64,000 nt of DNA from Nitrosopumilus sp. (GTDB lineage: Archaea; Thermoproteota; Nitrososphaeria; Nitrososphaerales; Nitrosopumilaceae): assembly GCA_965238275.1 (NCBI GenBank), contig OZ250186.1, forward strand, positions 1,280,001-1,344,000. The letters run 5' to 3'. Below, one piece after another: positions 10,039-20,437 of the stretch. The position numbers and the translations under genes are program-made. Position 1 is the first letter of the stretch; each line of letters starts with the position of its first letter. The notes under the pieces were generated by a model. That model was not told where the DNA came from and did not search any database. It saw only the letters and a list, made by a program, of their open reading frames with translations.

Positions 10039-11364
10039 ATGAAAGCGACGGCTTCTGTGATGTTGGCAGCAGTACTCTTGTTTTCTGTCGTTCCACCATA
10101 CAATGCCAGCGCCCAAGAAGATTCTGTAAGGATTGATGGGGCAGGTGCATCGTTTGCATTCCCGCTGATGGATTTATGGGGGGTAGAATATGCCAAGATA
10201 CACCCAGACGTCCAGCTGAACTACCAGTCAATCGGCAGCGGCGGCGGCATCAAGCAACACATAGAAAAGGCGATAAACTTTGCAGCATCTGACGCACCGC
10301 TCCGGGAATCCGAGTACGAACATGCGCCTGGAACTATCACCATTCCCGGAATGATCGGCGCCATATCCATGGTGTACAACATCCCGGGCGTGGATTCTGG
10401 AATTAAGATCACATCCGAGGCACTGTGCCAGATGCACTTGGGAAATATCGAATCTTGGAACGATCCCCTGATTGTCGATGCCAACCCCGATCTGGAAATA
10501 CCCGATCAGGATATCGTCATAGTGCACAGGTCCGACGGCTCGGGCACGACGTTTGCCTTTACCAGTTATCTTGCCAAGGTGTGTCCGGAATGGAACGAGA
10601 GAGTGGGCGCAGGCAAGAGCGTCCCATGGCCGGTAGGACTCGGGGCAGCAGGCAACGGGGGCGTCGCAGGAGTCGTATCCACAACACCTAGCTCAATAGG
10701 ATATGTCACGCTTGCCTATGCATTCCAGAACGATCTTACCGTCGCGGCGATAGAGAACGGCGACGGCACAAACTTTGTGCTGCCGACATTGGAGAGCGCG
10801 TCTGATGCATCCCGGGGAACCGCATGTAGCCATACCTCTGGAGATCTGCTAGTCGAGTGCTTGGAGGACATGTCTGATCCATGGAATATAGTCCACGACC
10901 ACTTTTCACACGCAGGCCTGCCTCACGCATCAGACAGCTGGACAGGCGTTGACCTGCTGGCAGCATCTGGAGAAAACTCGTACCCGATCACCAGCTTCTC
11001 ATACATCCTGCTGCATCCCGATCTGAAGGGTTCAGTGGACGACTATGACCATGCCGTGGAGATTGTCAATCTCATCGCTTGGATAATCACAGACGGACAG
11101 GAGTACAACGATGATCTGCTTTATGTGCCAATCCCTGCACCCGTAGTCAATCTCGGGCTGGAAGGACTGGCGTCTATTACCTATGACGGGCAGCCTGTCT
11201 TTATGATTTCAGACGATCATGAAGACGATCATGACGATAAAATTCCTGCATGGGTGCAGAGCGTGTTCAAATTTTATGGGGACGGGTTGATATCCGAAGA
11301 CGAACTGATCAACGCAATCAAGTTTCTGGTAGAACAGGGCGTCATCAAACTGGACCCGCACTAA
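10039..11364 (+). CDS. pstS: Phosphate ABC transporter substrate-binding protein with a thaumarchaeal C-terminal IPAWV domain
   Basis: Signal peptide; GAGASF, YQSIGSGGG, FAASDAPL, RSDGSGTT and YPITSFSY motifs. Confidence 0.92.
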   Translation: MKATASVMLAAVLLFSVVPPYNASAQEDSVRIDGAGASFAFPLMDLWGVEYAKIHPDVQLNYQSIGSGGGIKQHIEKAINFAASDAPLRESEYEHAPGTITIPGMIGAISMVYNIPGVDSGIKITSEALCQMHLGNIESWNDPLIVDANPDLEIPDQDIVIVHRSDGSGTTFAFTSYLAKVCPEWNERVGAGKSVPWPVGLGAAGNGGVAGVVSTTPSSIGYVTLAYAFQNDLTVAAIENGDGTNFVLPTLESASDASRGTACSHTSGDLLVECLEDMSDPWNIVHDHFSHAGLPHASDSWTGVDLLAASGENSYPITSFSYILLHPDLKGSVDDYDHAVEIVNLIAWIITDGQEYNDDLLYVPIPAPVVNLGLEGLASITYDGQPVFMISDDHEDDHDDKIPAWVQSVFKFYGDGLISEDELINAIKFLVEQGVIKLDPH

Positions 11365-11835
11365 GATCCTATCAATGCATACCTGCATGTGGCAAACCCA
11401 AAAGCATGGTCTCAAAAAGCAAAACACTTACAATTAAATGGGCATTTACTGCCGAAAACGTAGCTCGGTTGGTAATTAATCGGGGTAAATCAGGCATGGA
11501 ATCGCTTCGCAAAGGCGACCTCTTACGCGTACAGTCGGATCTAGCCTGAGTTTGTTTTACCATGTGCCTGCCTGCAACAAAACCGCTCGTACAGATGCAG
11601 GTACTGCAGAACAGGGCAGTTGCGTAGTATGTGCCGGAATGTTCTGAGCGTTTCCCCCTGGCCAGGGCTCCCTGATCCGCGACATGGCAGATGGCGCCTG
11701 AATGCAAAGACGCGTTACGGGGTCGAATAATATTCTGTATCAGTGACTCTGGCCACTACGGCGTGTGGGTTGGCTGGCCTTTACAAGGGCATGCTGCATG
11801 CGATGGGACACCTGCAGTGTCCTGATAATGGCATC

Positions 11836-12693
11836 CTACCTCTTGGCGTACTCGAGGGCAAATTTTACCATCTCCCTTGGTATGTTCTTTTGTGCAACAG
11901 TTGCCAGCCCCTTGAACTCTACTGTGTTGTTTACCTCGTGTACCACCAGGCCCCTCTCCTCGTCTTCCATCATGTCAATTCCAAGTATTCCGCCGCCCAT
12001 GGCCTCAGAAGCTGCCGCTGCCAGCTCCCCAATCTGGCCTGTCGTCTCGCAGGGTTCGGGATGCGACGCCTCGAGGGCAAGGTTTGTCTTGAACCCCCCG
12101 GACTTTCTGTACATGGCTGCAACCGGGGCGTGGTTTACGGTGATCACCCTGATGTCCCTTGGCGGCCTCTTGACGAGTTCCTGCAGGTAGTAAATCCTGT
12201 CATGCGGGCTGTCTGTAATGTCCCTTATCTCAAAGATGGCATCCTTGGTATCCCTGTCCTTTACCTGCATCACTCCTCTTCCCCAGCTTCCAATGACTGG
12301 CTTGATTACAAGCGGGTATCCGACCTTCTCGATGTTCTCTGATGCGCTCTGGCTTGAGAATGAAAAGTACGTCTTTGGCGTCGGAATGCTGCCTTTTTTG
12401 AGGCGCAGGGTCATGAACATCTTGTTGCCGCAGGTGTTTGCCACTTCAAACCTGTTGATTACTGGAATTCCCAGAAACTCCAGACCTGCCGTAAAGTGAA
12501 GTCCCCTAAAATAACTGACGCATCTCTCCAGGACCACATCTCCCAGGTCCATATCGTCCCTTCTGCTGTCAGTATCGAGCTGGGCCGTCTTTGCATCCAG
12601 CATGGTAACATCACATCCAAGCCCAGATGCCTCCTTTTGGAGCATCTTCTCTTCGGCTCTCAGGCGGTCAAACACAATACATACTTTTGACAT
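11836..12693 (-). CDS. lysX: LysW ligase, ATP-grasp (LysX/ArgX)
   Basis: IKPVIGSWGRG and EVNNTVEFKG motifs; adjacent to lysW. Confidence 0.92.
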   Translation of the reverse strand: MSKVCIVFDRLRAEEKMLQKEASGLGCDVTMLDAKTAQLDTDSRRDDMDLGDVVLERCVSYFRGLHFTAGLEFLGIPVINRFEVANTCGNKMFMTLRLKKGSIPTPKTYFSFSSQSASENIEKVGYPLVIKPVIGSWGRGVMQVKDRDTKDAIFEIRDITDSPHDRIYYLQELVKRPPRDIRVITVNHAPVAAMYRKSGGFKTNLALEASHPEPCETTGQIGELAAAASEAMGGGILGIDMMEDEERGLVVHEVNNTVEFKGLATVAQKNIPREMVKFALEYAKR

Positions 12694-12860
12694 TACTCTC
12701 CCCAGTCTTCACCAATACTCTCTGCCTGCTTGAGCTCGACATTTGATCCATCATTCTTTGATATCTCAAAGTCGGCGCCGCAATCAGGACATGAGACTAT
12801 CTCTCCGACTGAGGCATCATCGGGGATGTTTAACGTAGCGTCGCATTCGTGGCAGTTCAT
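12693..12860 (-). CDS. lysW: Amino-group carrier protein LysW (absent from the ORF track)
   Basis: MNCHECDATL...CPDCGADF...EDWGE*: zinc ribbon and the diagnostic C-terminal EDWGE. Confidence 0.96.
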   Translation of the reverse strand: MNCHECDATLNIPDDASVGEIVSCPDCGADFEISKNDGSNVELKQAESIGEDWGE

Positions 12861-14056
12861 GTTTTTGTTGACCTTTTCCTTTGTAATTTATTAGCTTCTG
12901 TTGACTGCATCCCCCACAGCTCTGCAAACCCTGTGGCAAGCCTTTGGTCGAATGTGGATTCGGTCCCATACGTGGCAACCTCCTGGCTGTACAGCGAGTT
13001 TTTGGACTTTCTTCCCACCACCTTGAGGCTACCCTTGTACATCTTGAGCCTGACTGTCCCCGAGACCGGCATCTGGGACGCCTCTATGAATCCGTCCAGA
13101 TCCGTCCTGAGCGGATCCTGCCAGAGTCCCGAATACGCCAGATACGTCCACTGCTCATCAACAATTCCCTTGAACCTGTTCTGGTGCTTGGTGTGGACCA
13201 TCTTCTCCAGATCCGTGTGTGCCTCAATAAGGCATATTGCCGCCGGCGTCTCGTAGACCTCCCGCGACTTGATTCCGACCACCCTGTCCTCGATATGGTC
13301 CGTTATCCCTACGCCTGCCTCCCCGGCTGCCGCATTGATGTGACTGATAAGTTTCTGGCCCCCCATTCTGGTCCCGTCCACTGCAATCGGGACTCCCTTC
13401 TCAAACCTGATCTCCATGTACCTTGGCTCGTCTGGCAGGTCCTTTGTCCTGACCCAGATGAAGGCATCATCAGGCGGCTCTGCATACGGGTCTTCAAGCA
13501 CGCCCCCCTCGATTGCACGCCCCCACAGGTTCTGGTCGATACTGAATTTTTTGGCAACCGAGTCTATCTGGATTCCGTGCCGCCTGGCAAAGTCCAGTTC
13601 TGTCACCCTGTCCAGATTCTTGTCCCTGATGGGCGCAATTATTGGAAGATTCGAGCCTGAACGAAGCGTAATGTCAAACCGTACCTGGTCGTTTCCCTTG
13701 CCGGAGCATCCGTGGGCAAGCGCAGAGACCTTCTCCTTTTGTGCCACCTCCAGCACCTTCTGTGCAATCAGCGGCCGTGCAAGGGCCGTTGCAAGGCAGT
13801 ACTTTCCCTGGTATAGCGCATTTGCCTTGATGGACGGGAATATGTAGTCCCTGACAAACTCCCTCCTCGCATCGATGTTGTAGTGTTTTATCACCCCGAG
13901 CCTCTTTGCCTTGGCTGCAATCTCCCTGCCACTCTCGCCATGTCCCACGTTTACCGTGACTGTGATGACATCCAAGTCGTGCTCCTCCTGCAGGTATTTT
14001 ACAACAACTGACGTGTCAAGTCCGCCGGAGAATGCAAGTATTCCTTTCTTGGCCAT
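12857..14056 (-). CDS. argG: Argininosuccinate synthase
   Basis: LAFSGGLDTS, HGCSGKGNDQVRF and SIDQNLWG motifs. Start set at MAKKG. Confidence 0.96.
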   Translation of the reverse strand: MAKKGILAFSGGLDTSVVVKYLQEEHDLDVITVTVNVGHGESGREIAAKAKRLGVIKHYNIDARREFVRDYIFPSIKANALYQGKYCLATALARPLIAQKVLEVAQKEKVSALAHGCSGKGNDQVRFDITLRSGSNLPIIAPIRDKNLDRVTELDFARRHGIQIDSVAKKFSIDQNLWGRAIEGGVLEDPYAEPPDDAFIWVRTKDLPDEPRYMEIRFEKGVPIAVDGTRMGGQKLISHINAAAGEAGVGITDHIEDRVVGIKSREVYETPAAICLIEAHTDLEKMVHTKHQNRFKGIVDEQWTYLAYSGLWQDPLRTDLDGFIEASQMPVSGTVRLKMYKGSLKVVGRKSKNSLYSQEVATYGTESTFDQRLATGFAELWGMQSTEANKLQRKRSTKT

Positions 14057-14189
14057 AAAACACCTTTTTAGATTCGGGCTTGAAATATTATCTTTTTGAT
14101 GGGAATCTGCCTGATCTGCGGTACCGTGGTGCCATATAGCTTGAGCTAAAATCCGATGATTATTTAACCGCCGAACATAACGCTGTTTT

Positions 14190-15203
14190 ATGAAAACCCG
14201 TCTTCTTGCAGGAGCGGCCGGGGTGACAGCCCTGATTGCGTTGGGGATTGGACTCGGCTCCGGCAATACCGTACACGAGGAGAGAATTCGAATTGCATAC
14301 TTTCCCAATATTGGGCATGCCGTTCCAATAGTGGGGGTGGAGAACGGACTCTTTGAGGGTGCAATAGGAAATATGACTAAGATCGAGACACGCGTCTTTG
14401 ACAGCGGCCCGCAGGCAGTAGAATCTCTGTTTGCCGGCTCAGTCGATGTGGCGTATGTGGGACCGGGCCCTGCCATCAACGGGTTCCTCAACTCTGAGAA
14501 CGGGAACGTAAAGATTCTTGCCGGTGCTGCAAGCGGCGGGGCAAGCTTTGTCGTACACCCGGACTCCGAGATTGGCCTGGCATCAGACTTTGCAGGAAAA
14601 AGGATTGCAGCGCCGCCCATCGGAAACACGCAGGACGTGTCCCTGCGCCATTATCTGTCTGAGAACGGTCTGAAGCCGGCAGATAAGGGGGGCTCTGTGA
14701 TCGTCTACAACATTCCCAATCCTGACATCTATACGCTGTTTGTAAAGGGCGACGTGGACGGTGCCTGGGTGGCAGAACCATGGGCCACAATACTGGAGAC
14801 TGAGCTTGGCGGCAAGAGACTCTTCCAAGAGGAGACACTCTGGCCCGGAAACGAGTTTGCATCCGTCCTCCTTATAGGAAACACGGATTACATTGCACAG
14901 AATCCAGAGACTGCGGCAGGACTTTTGCAGGCGCACCATGAGGCGGTGGAATGGATCAATGCAAACCCCGTCCAGACCAGAACCACATTCAACGGATTTC
15001 TTGACTCGTATCTGGGAGAGCCGCTGCCTGACGACGTAGTCGATACTGCACTCTCCAACCTTCTGATTACCTCCGATCCGAAACGGGACTCCGTGCTATC
15101 CTTTGCCCAGAAGGCAGACTCCCTGGGATATCTGGGAAGGAGCGGATACGACCTGTCTGGAATCTTTTACGGCGACGGACAATTTGTGGAGGATGATACA
15201 TAG
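14190..15203 (+). CDS. ABC transporter substrate-binding protein (SsuA/NitT-like)
   Basis: N-terminal anchor; GNTQDVSLR and AWVAEPW motifs; operon with ATPase and permease. Confidence 0.85.
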   Translation: MKTRLLAGAAGVTALIALGIGLGSGNTVHEERIRIAYFPNIGHAVPIVGVENGLFEGAIGNMTKIETRVFDSGPQAVESLFAGSVDVAYVGPGPAINGFLNSENGNVKILAGAASGGASFVVHPDSEIGLASDFAGKRIAAPPIGNTQDVSLRHYLSENGLKPADKGGSVIVYNIPNPDIYTLFVKGDVDGAWVAEPWATILETELGGKRLFQEETLWPGNEFASVLLIGNTDYIAQNPETAAGLLQAHHEAVEWINANPVQTRTTFNGFLDSYLGEPLPDDVVDTALSNLLITSDPKRDSVLSFAQKADSLGYLGRSGYDLSGIFYGDGQFVEDDT

Positions 15204-15968
15204 TTGGCCAAGCTTGAAGCACGGGAAATTGTCAAGTATTTCAGCCACGACTCCCACAGGCTCAAGGCCCTTGGCGGAATCAACCTGAGTGTCGATGCCG
15301 GCGACTTTGTATGTCTGGTGGGGCCGTCCGGATGCGGCAAGTCCACATTCCTGCGAATAGTAGCCGGACTTGAGGATCCTGACGGCGGACAGATAATCTT
15401 TGACGGCCGTCCCGTCACCGGCACCGGGCCTGAAAGGATCATAGTGTTCCAGGAGGGCGCGCTGTTTCCATGGCTCAAGGTTCAAGACAACGTGGAGTTC
15501 GGACTGAAGATGGCAGGAATTCCCTCCGAAGAGAGGGCAAAGATATCCCACAGGTACCTGGACATGATGCAGCTGACCAAATTTGCAGACTCGTACACGT
15601 ACCAGCTCTCGACTGGAATGAAGCAGCGTGTCGCAATTGCCAGGGCGCTTGTAATGGATCCGGACGTGTTGCTGATGGACGAGCCGTTTGCCGCCCTTGA
15701 TGCGCAGACGCGCGACCTTCTGCTAGTCGAGATGCAGCTAATCTGGGAGAAGACAAAGAAGACAATTCTGTTTGTCACGCACAATGTGGCAGAGGCCACA
15801 GTCCTTGGTACAAAAGTGGCCGTATTCAGCAACCGTCCGTCTGTAATCAAAAAGGAGTTCCGCAACGACTTTCCACGGCCGCGTGTCACAGAGGACGAGT
15901 CGCTGCTCCAGTTCCAGCAGGACATCCTGGCAGAACTCCGGCCGGAGGTCAAGAAGAGCATCAGGTGA
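15204..15968 (+). CDS. ABC transporter ATP-binding protein (NitT/TauT family)
   Basis: GPSGCGKS, LSTGMKQR and LLMDEPF motifs. Confidence 0.92.
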   Translation: MAKLEAREIVKYFSHDSHRLKALGGINLSVDAGDFVCLVGPSGCGKSTFLRIVAGLEDPDGGQIIFDGRPVTGTGPERIIVFQEGALFPWLKVQDNVEFGLKMAGIPSEERAKISHRYLDMMQLTKFADSYTYQLSTGMKQRVAIARALVMDPDVLLMDEPFAALDAQTRDLLLVEMQLIWEKTKKTILFVTHNVAEATVLGTKVAVFSNRPSVIKKEFRNDFPRPRVTEDESLLQFQQDILAELRPEVKKSIR

Positions 15969-15975
15969 GTGTGTG

Positions 15976-16734
15976 GTGGGCAAAAACTTTGTACCTCACA
16001 GGGTGGCATTCTATGTCGGAATCATTGTGGTGTGGCAGGTCACTGCAATGGCAGGCGTCTGGCCCGAGAACATCTTTCCGTCTCCGTATCAGGTGGCCGA
16101 GGATCTTGCGTATGGTGCAGCCGACGGCAGCCTGTTTTACGGAATCGCGACCAGCATGTGGCGGCTGATGGTGGGACTTGGACTTGCAATCGCCGGCGGT
16201 ATCATCCTGGGAGTATTCATGGCACGTGTCGAGGCAGTCAATCAGACCATAGGATCCTTGGTCCTGGGACTTCAGTCGATCCCGTCAGTTGCCTGGGTTC
16301 CTCTTGCAATACTGTGGTTCGGGCTAAACGATGCGGGGATCATATTTGTCACTGCAATCGGGGCAGTCTTTGCCGTAACCATCAACACATACACCGGCGT
16401 CAAGAACATAGATCCGCACTTTATCGAGGCTGCAAGAAACATGGGCGCAAAGGGAAGCCAGCTGATTACTGCCGTCCTGATCCCGGCCGCATTCCCCTAC
16501 ATGATATCCGGATTCAAGCAGGGATGGGCCTTTGCGTGGAGGGGGGTGATTGGCGCAGAGCTGCTGTTCTCGTACCTGGGACTGGGATTCCTGCTCAATG
16601 CGGGCCGTTCCCTCAACGACGTATCCCAGGTGATTGCAATAATGCTGGTGATAATGGGAATCGGCCTTGCAGTGGACGGCGTCGTCTTCAAGAGGCTTGA
16701 ACACAAGGTCATGTCAAGGTGGGGCCTGCGCTGA
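15976..16734 (+). CDS. ABC transporter permease (SsuC-like)
   Basis: Multiple TM segments and EAARNMGA loop. Start approximate. Confidence 0.9.
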   Translation: MGKNFVPHRVAFYVGIIVVWQVTAMAGVWPENIFPSPYQVAEDLAYGAADGSLFYGIATSMWRLMVGLGLAIAGGIILGVFMARVEAVNQTIGSLVLGLQSIPSVAWVPLAILWFGLNDAGIIFVTAIGAVFAVTINTYTGVKNIDPHFIEAARNMGAKGSQLITAVLIPAAFPYMISGFKQGWAFAWRGVIGAELLFSYLGLGFLLNAGRSLNDVSQVIAIMLVIMGIGLAVDGVVFKRLEHKVMSRWGLR

Positions 16735-16935
16735 TTCGGACTCTGAATCATGCCATGCCGGATCCAATGACGCAGCAGGCGTCAAACTCTGGCGGAGCAG
16801 TGTGGCCAGTCGATGCCTGCTCAATGCAGAAAGATGCGTGCCTGCGCATCAATTTAGCACATTGCGCATGTTGTCCTGAATTAAGAAGCCATTCTTGAAA
16901 AGAGTTAAACCGTACAGGGGAATCCTGAGATCAGA

Positions 16936-17898
16936 TTGACACAGAAGGAACCATTCCTGGACGCACTGCGTGACAGGATACTGCTCTTTGACGGCGCGAT
17001 GGGAACCGAGATCCAGGGGTATGATCCAAAACCCGAGGACTTTCCGGACTGCAAGGACGGCTTCAACGACGGCCTGATACTGACGCATCCTGAATGGATA
17101 CGGCAGATTCACAAAAGCTACCTGGATGCCGGCGCCGACTGCATCGAGACAAACTCCTTTGGCTCAAACAGGATAAAGCTTGACGAGTACGGGTTCGGCG
17201 ATCAGACGGTGGAATTTAACAAAAGGATCGCACGGCTGGCATCTGACGTGTGCCTGGAGTACCGTGACCGGCCGCGGTATGTGATAGGCTCCATGGGACC
17301 GTCCGGATTTCTTCCAAGCTCAAATGATCCCGATCTGGGATGCAGGCCGCTTGACGAGATAGAGGAGGCGTTCTCCTCCCAGGCAGAGGGGCTGATCCTC
17401 GGGGGCGCAGACGCGCTGTTAATTGAGACCAGCCAGGACATTTTGGAGGTAAAGCTTGCAATTGACGGATGCCACGGGGCAATGAAACGCATTGGCGGCA
17501 GCAGGGTTCCAATCATCGCAAACGTCACCCTGGACCAGTATGGAAAGATGCTGCTTGGCACAACCATACAGGCCGCATACACGACTGTCTCTGACATGGG
17601 AATCGACGTGTTTGGGATGAACTGCTCCACGGGACCCGTCGAGATGACTCCGAGCGTGCGGTGGCTTGACGAGCAGGAGGGCGGGCATGATCTCCTGGTG
17701 GTGCCAAACGCCGGAATGCCCGAAAACGAGGGGGGAATGGCAGTATACAAGATGACTCCTGAGGGAATGGGCCGTGCACTGGGCGACATTCTTGGCAGAA
17801 ACAAAAGGGTGCGAATCATCGGCGGCTGCTGCGGGACAAACCCCGAGCACATCAGGATCCTCCGAGGGGTAATCGATCAAGGCGCCTTCAAGGGTTAA
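16936..17898 (+). CDS. metH: Methionine synthase, homocysteine-binding module (split MetH)
   Basis: FDGAMGT, GMNCSTGP and IGGCCGT motifs. Confidence 0.9.
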   Translation: MTQKEPFLDALRDRILLFDGAMGTEIQGYDPKPEDFPDCKDGFNDGLILTHPEWIRQIHKSYLDAGADCIETNSFGSNRIKLDEYGFGDQTVEFNKRIARLASDVCLEYRDRPRYVIGSMGPSGFLPSSNDPDLGCRPLDEIEEAFSSQAEGLILGGADALLIETSQDILEVKLAIDGCHGAMKRIGGSRVPIIANVTLDQYGKMLLGTTIQAAYTTVSDMGIDVFGMNCSTGPVEMTPSVRWLDEQEGGHDLLVVPNAGMPENEGGMAVYKMTPEGMGRALGDILGRNKRVRIIGGCCGTNPEHIRILRGVIDQGAFKG

Positions 17899-17932
17899 GT
17901 ATTTAGAAAAACCCCGATGACATAATACCGTA

Positions 17933-20437
17933 TTGACCGTTCCAAGAGTAAGCTCCGCACTGAAGGCAGTAGACCTGAGACAGGTTCCGCCCCCCATGAT
18001 AATCGGGGAGCGAATCAACACGCAGGGTTCGCGCAAGGCAAAACGCCTCGTACTTGAAGACGACTATGACGGGCTGGTTGACCTGGGCAGGATCCAGGCC
18101 GAGGATGGCGCCCACTGCCTTGACGTGTGCGTTGCAACGACTGAGCGGGCCGACGAACGCCAGTTCATGCTTAACCTTGTCAAGCGGCTGAGCCTGGAGG
18201 TAGACGCCCCGCTCGTGATTGACTCCACCGATCCCGACGTAATCGAGGCATCTGTCCGACAGGTTCCCGGACGGCCGATAATCAATTCAATAAACCTAGA
18301 GGGGGACGGCAGCCGGTTTGCAAGGCTGGCGCCAATAATGGCAAGATACGGGCTGCCTGCAATCGCCCTGTGCATAGGGCCCGAGGGAATGGCAAAGACC
18401 CCGCAGCAGAAGGTGGACACTGCAGGGCTCCTCTACGAGACTGGAAAGGAATACGGACTGGAAATAGGGCAGTTTATCTTTGACGTGCTGACATTCACCC
18501 TGGCCACCGGGCAGGACGAGTTTCTTGACGCGGGGAAAAACACGCTGGAGGGCATACGTCTTGTAAAGGAGAGGTTCCCGGGCTCCTTTACCACGCTTGG
18601 CCTTAGCAATATCAGCTTCGGCCTGTCACCGAATGCCAGAAGGATTCTCAACTCCGTGTTCCTGTACCATGCGGTACGGGCAGGACTTGACAGTGCCATT
18701 GTCAATGCAAGGGAGATACTGCCGTATGCCGAGATTGGCATGAAGGAAAGGGAGATTGCCGAGAACCTCATCTACAACACCCACCCAAACGCCCTCTCTG
18801 ATCTCATATCCCACTTTGAGAATAGGGGGGAGGATGCGCAGAACCGGCAGGGCACGGGAGTGAAAGTCGATCCGTCGTGGCCCCCGGGAAAGCGGGTCAA
18901 CTTCCGGGTAGTCAACAGGCTCAAGGACGGAATCCAAAACGACGTGGTGTCTGCCATTGCCGCAAGAATAGGGCAGGATGCGACGGTGCAGGATGACGGC
19001 CGGACGCTGTCCCTGGATGCGCCGCCTGCAGTCACGCATGAAGGCGCGCTCGGGACGCTCAACGAGGATCTCCTCCCCGCAATGAAGGAGGTCGGGGACA
19101 AATTCGGCGCAGGCGAACTGATCCTGCCGTTTGTCCTCAAGTCTGCCGAATGCATGAAGGCAGCCGTAGGCGAGCTTGAAAAATACCTGGTAAGAAAGGA
19201 GGGGGCAAGCAAGGGCAAGCTGGTCCTGGGGACAGTCTATGGGGACGTTCATGACATTGGAAAGAACCTCGTCAAGACTATATTTCAAAACAACGGCTAT
19301 ACCGTGTATGACCTGGGAAAACAGGTTCCACTGCAAAGATTCCTCGAAGAGATTGACAGGGTCAAGCCTGATGCGATAGGGCTCTCCGCCCTGCTGGTAT
19401 CCACATCAAAGCAGATGAGCCTGTTTGTAGAGCATGCAAGGAATACTGCCATGGCCATTCCCGTCCTGTGCGGGGGCGCTGCAATCAACAGCAACTACAT
19501 CAACAGGATAGCAAAACAGGACGGCATATACGAGCCCGGGGTATTCTACTGCAACACCATGTTTGAGGGGCTCAAGACAATGGACATGCTGGTATCTGAG
19601 AAGAGGCCGGGACTCATGGCAGACTGGAGGGCAAGGCTGGATGCGTGGAGGGAGAGGCCCGTCAAAACAGTCGATCCTGCAAGCATTCCAAGAAGCACCG
19701 TCAGGCCCGTGCCGGCACCTGCCCCAAACAGCATCGGAGAACCGTTCCGGCTCAAGCCCGGCGATATTCCAATGGACGAGGTCTGGAACCTGCTCAACAA
19801 AAAATCCCTCTTCAAGATGTCGTGGGGACTCAGGGGAAAGAAAGGCGCCCTCTCTGAGGTGGACCCGGAACAGCTGCTGGAGCAGTGGAAGGCTAGGATA
19901 TCCGGAGAGAACCTGTTTGAGCCTGAGGCAGTCTATGGATACTTTAGGTGCCACAGCAAGGGAGAGACCCTTACAGTCGACGGCCCGTCAGGAGAAGTGG
20001 AGTTTGTATTTCCACGATCCACGCAGCCCCAGCACCTGTGCCTGGCCGACTATTTTGGGGATGACGACGACGTGGTCGCATTCCAGTCTGTGACTGTCGG
20101 AAACAGGGTATCTGAGGTGATTGACTTGTGGAACAGGCAGGACATGTACACTGATGCATACTATCTGCACGGACTGGCAGTGGAGACTGCAGAGGCGCTT
20201 GCCGACTGGATCAACCAGAAGATAATATCCGAACTCGGCCTGCAGCAGGGCGGCGGCCTCAGATACAGCTGGGGATATCCCAGCTGCCCTGACGTGTCAC
20301 AGCACAATCTGGTGTGGAGTCTGCTGCATCCAGAAGAGTCCGGCATGACGCTCACCGAGTCCGGACAGATAGTCCCGGAGCAGTCCACTGCCGCGATAGT
20401 GGTTTATCATCCCCAGGCACAGTACTTTGTGCTCTAG
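17933..20437 (+). CDS. metH: Methionine synthase, pterin-binding, cobalamin-binding and activation modules
   Basis: IGERIN, GDVHDIGKNLV and RYSWGYPSCP motifs. Confidence 0.92.
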   Translation: MTVPRVSSALKAVDLRQVPPPMIIGERINTQGSRKAKRLVLEDDYDGLVDLGRIQAEDGAHCLDVCVATTERADERQFMLNLVKRLSLEVDAPLVIDSTDPDVIEASVRQVPGRPIINSINLEGDGSRFARLAPIMARYGLPAIALCIGPEGMAKTPQQKVDTAGLLYETGKEYGLEIGQFIFDVLTFTLATGQDEFLDAGKNTLEGIRLVKERFPGSFTTLGLSNISFGLSPNARRILNSVFLYHAVRAGLDSAIVNAREILPYAEIGMKEREIAENLIYNTHPNALSDLISHFENRGEDAQNRQGTGVKVDPSWPPGKRVNFRVVNRLKDGIQNDVVSAIAARIGQDATVQDDGRTLSLDAPPAVTHEGALGTLNEDLLPAMKEVGDKFGAGELILPFVLKSAECMKAAVGELEKYLVRKEGASKGKLVLGTVYGDVHDIGKNLVKTIFQNNGYTVYDLGKQVPLQRFLEEIDRVKPDAIGLSALLVSTSKQMSLFVEHARNTAMAIPVLCGGAAINSNYINRIAKQDGIYEPGVFYCNTMFEGLKTMDMLVSEKRPGLMADWRARLDAWRERPVKTVDPASIPRSTVRPVPAPAPNSIGEPFRLKPGDIPMDEVWNLLNKKSLFKMSWGLRGKKGALSEVDPEQLLEQWKARISGENLFEPEAVYGYFRCHSKGETLTVDGPSGEVEFVFPRSTQPQHLCLADYFGDDDDVVAFQSVTVGNRVSEVIDLWNRQDMYTDAYYLHGLAVETAEALADWINQKIISELGLQQGGGLRYSWGYPSCPDVSQHNLVWSLLHPEESGMTLTESGQIVPEQSTAAIVVYHPQAQYFVL

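Noticed and set aside
14057-14629. N-terminal extension of the 590-aa argG ORF
   Set aside because: It is antisense to the ABC substrate-binding gene; ArgG similarity starts at MAKKG (14056).
16936-20437. Split metH as a broken gene
   Set aside because: Both modules are intact with their own starts, and split MetH is a known arrangement.
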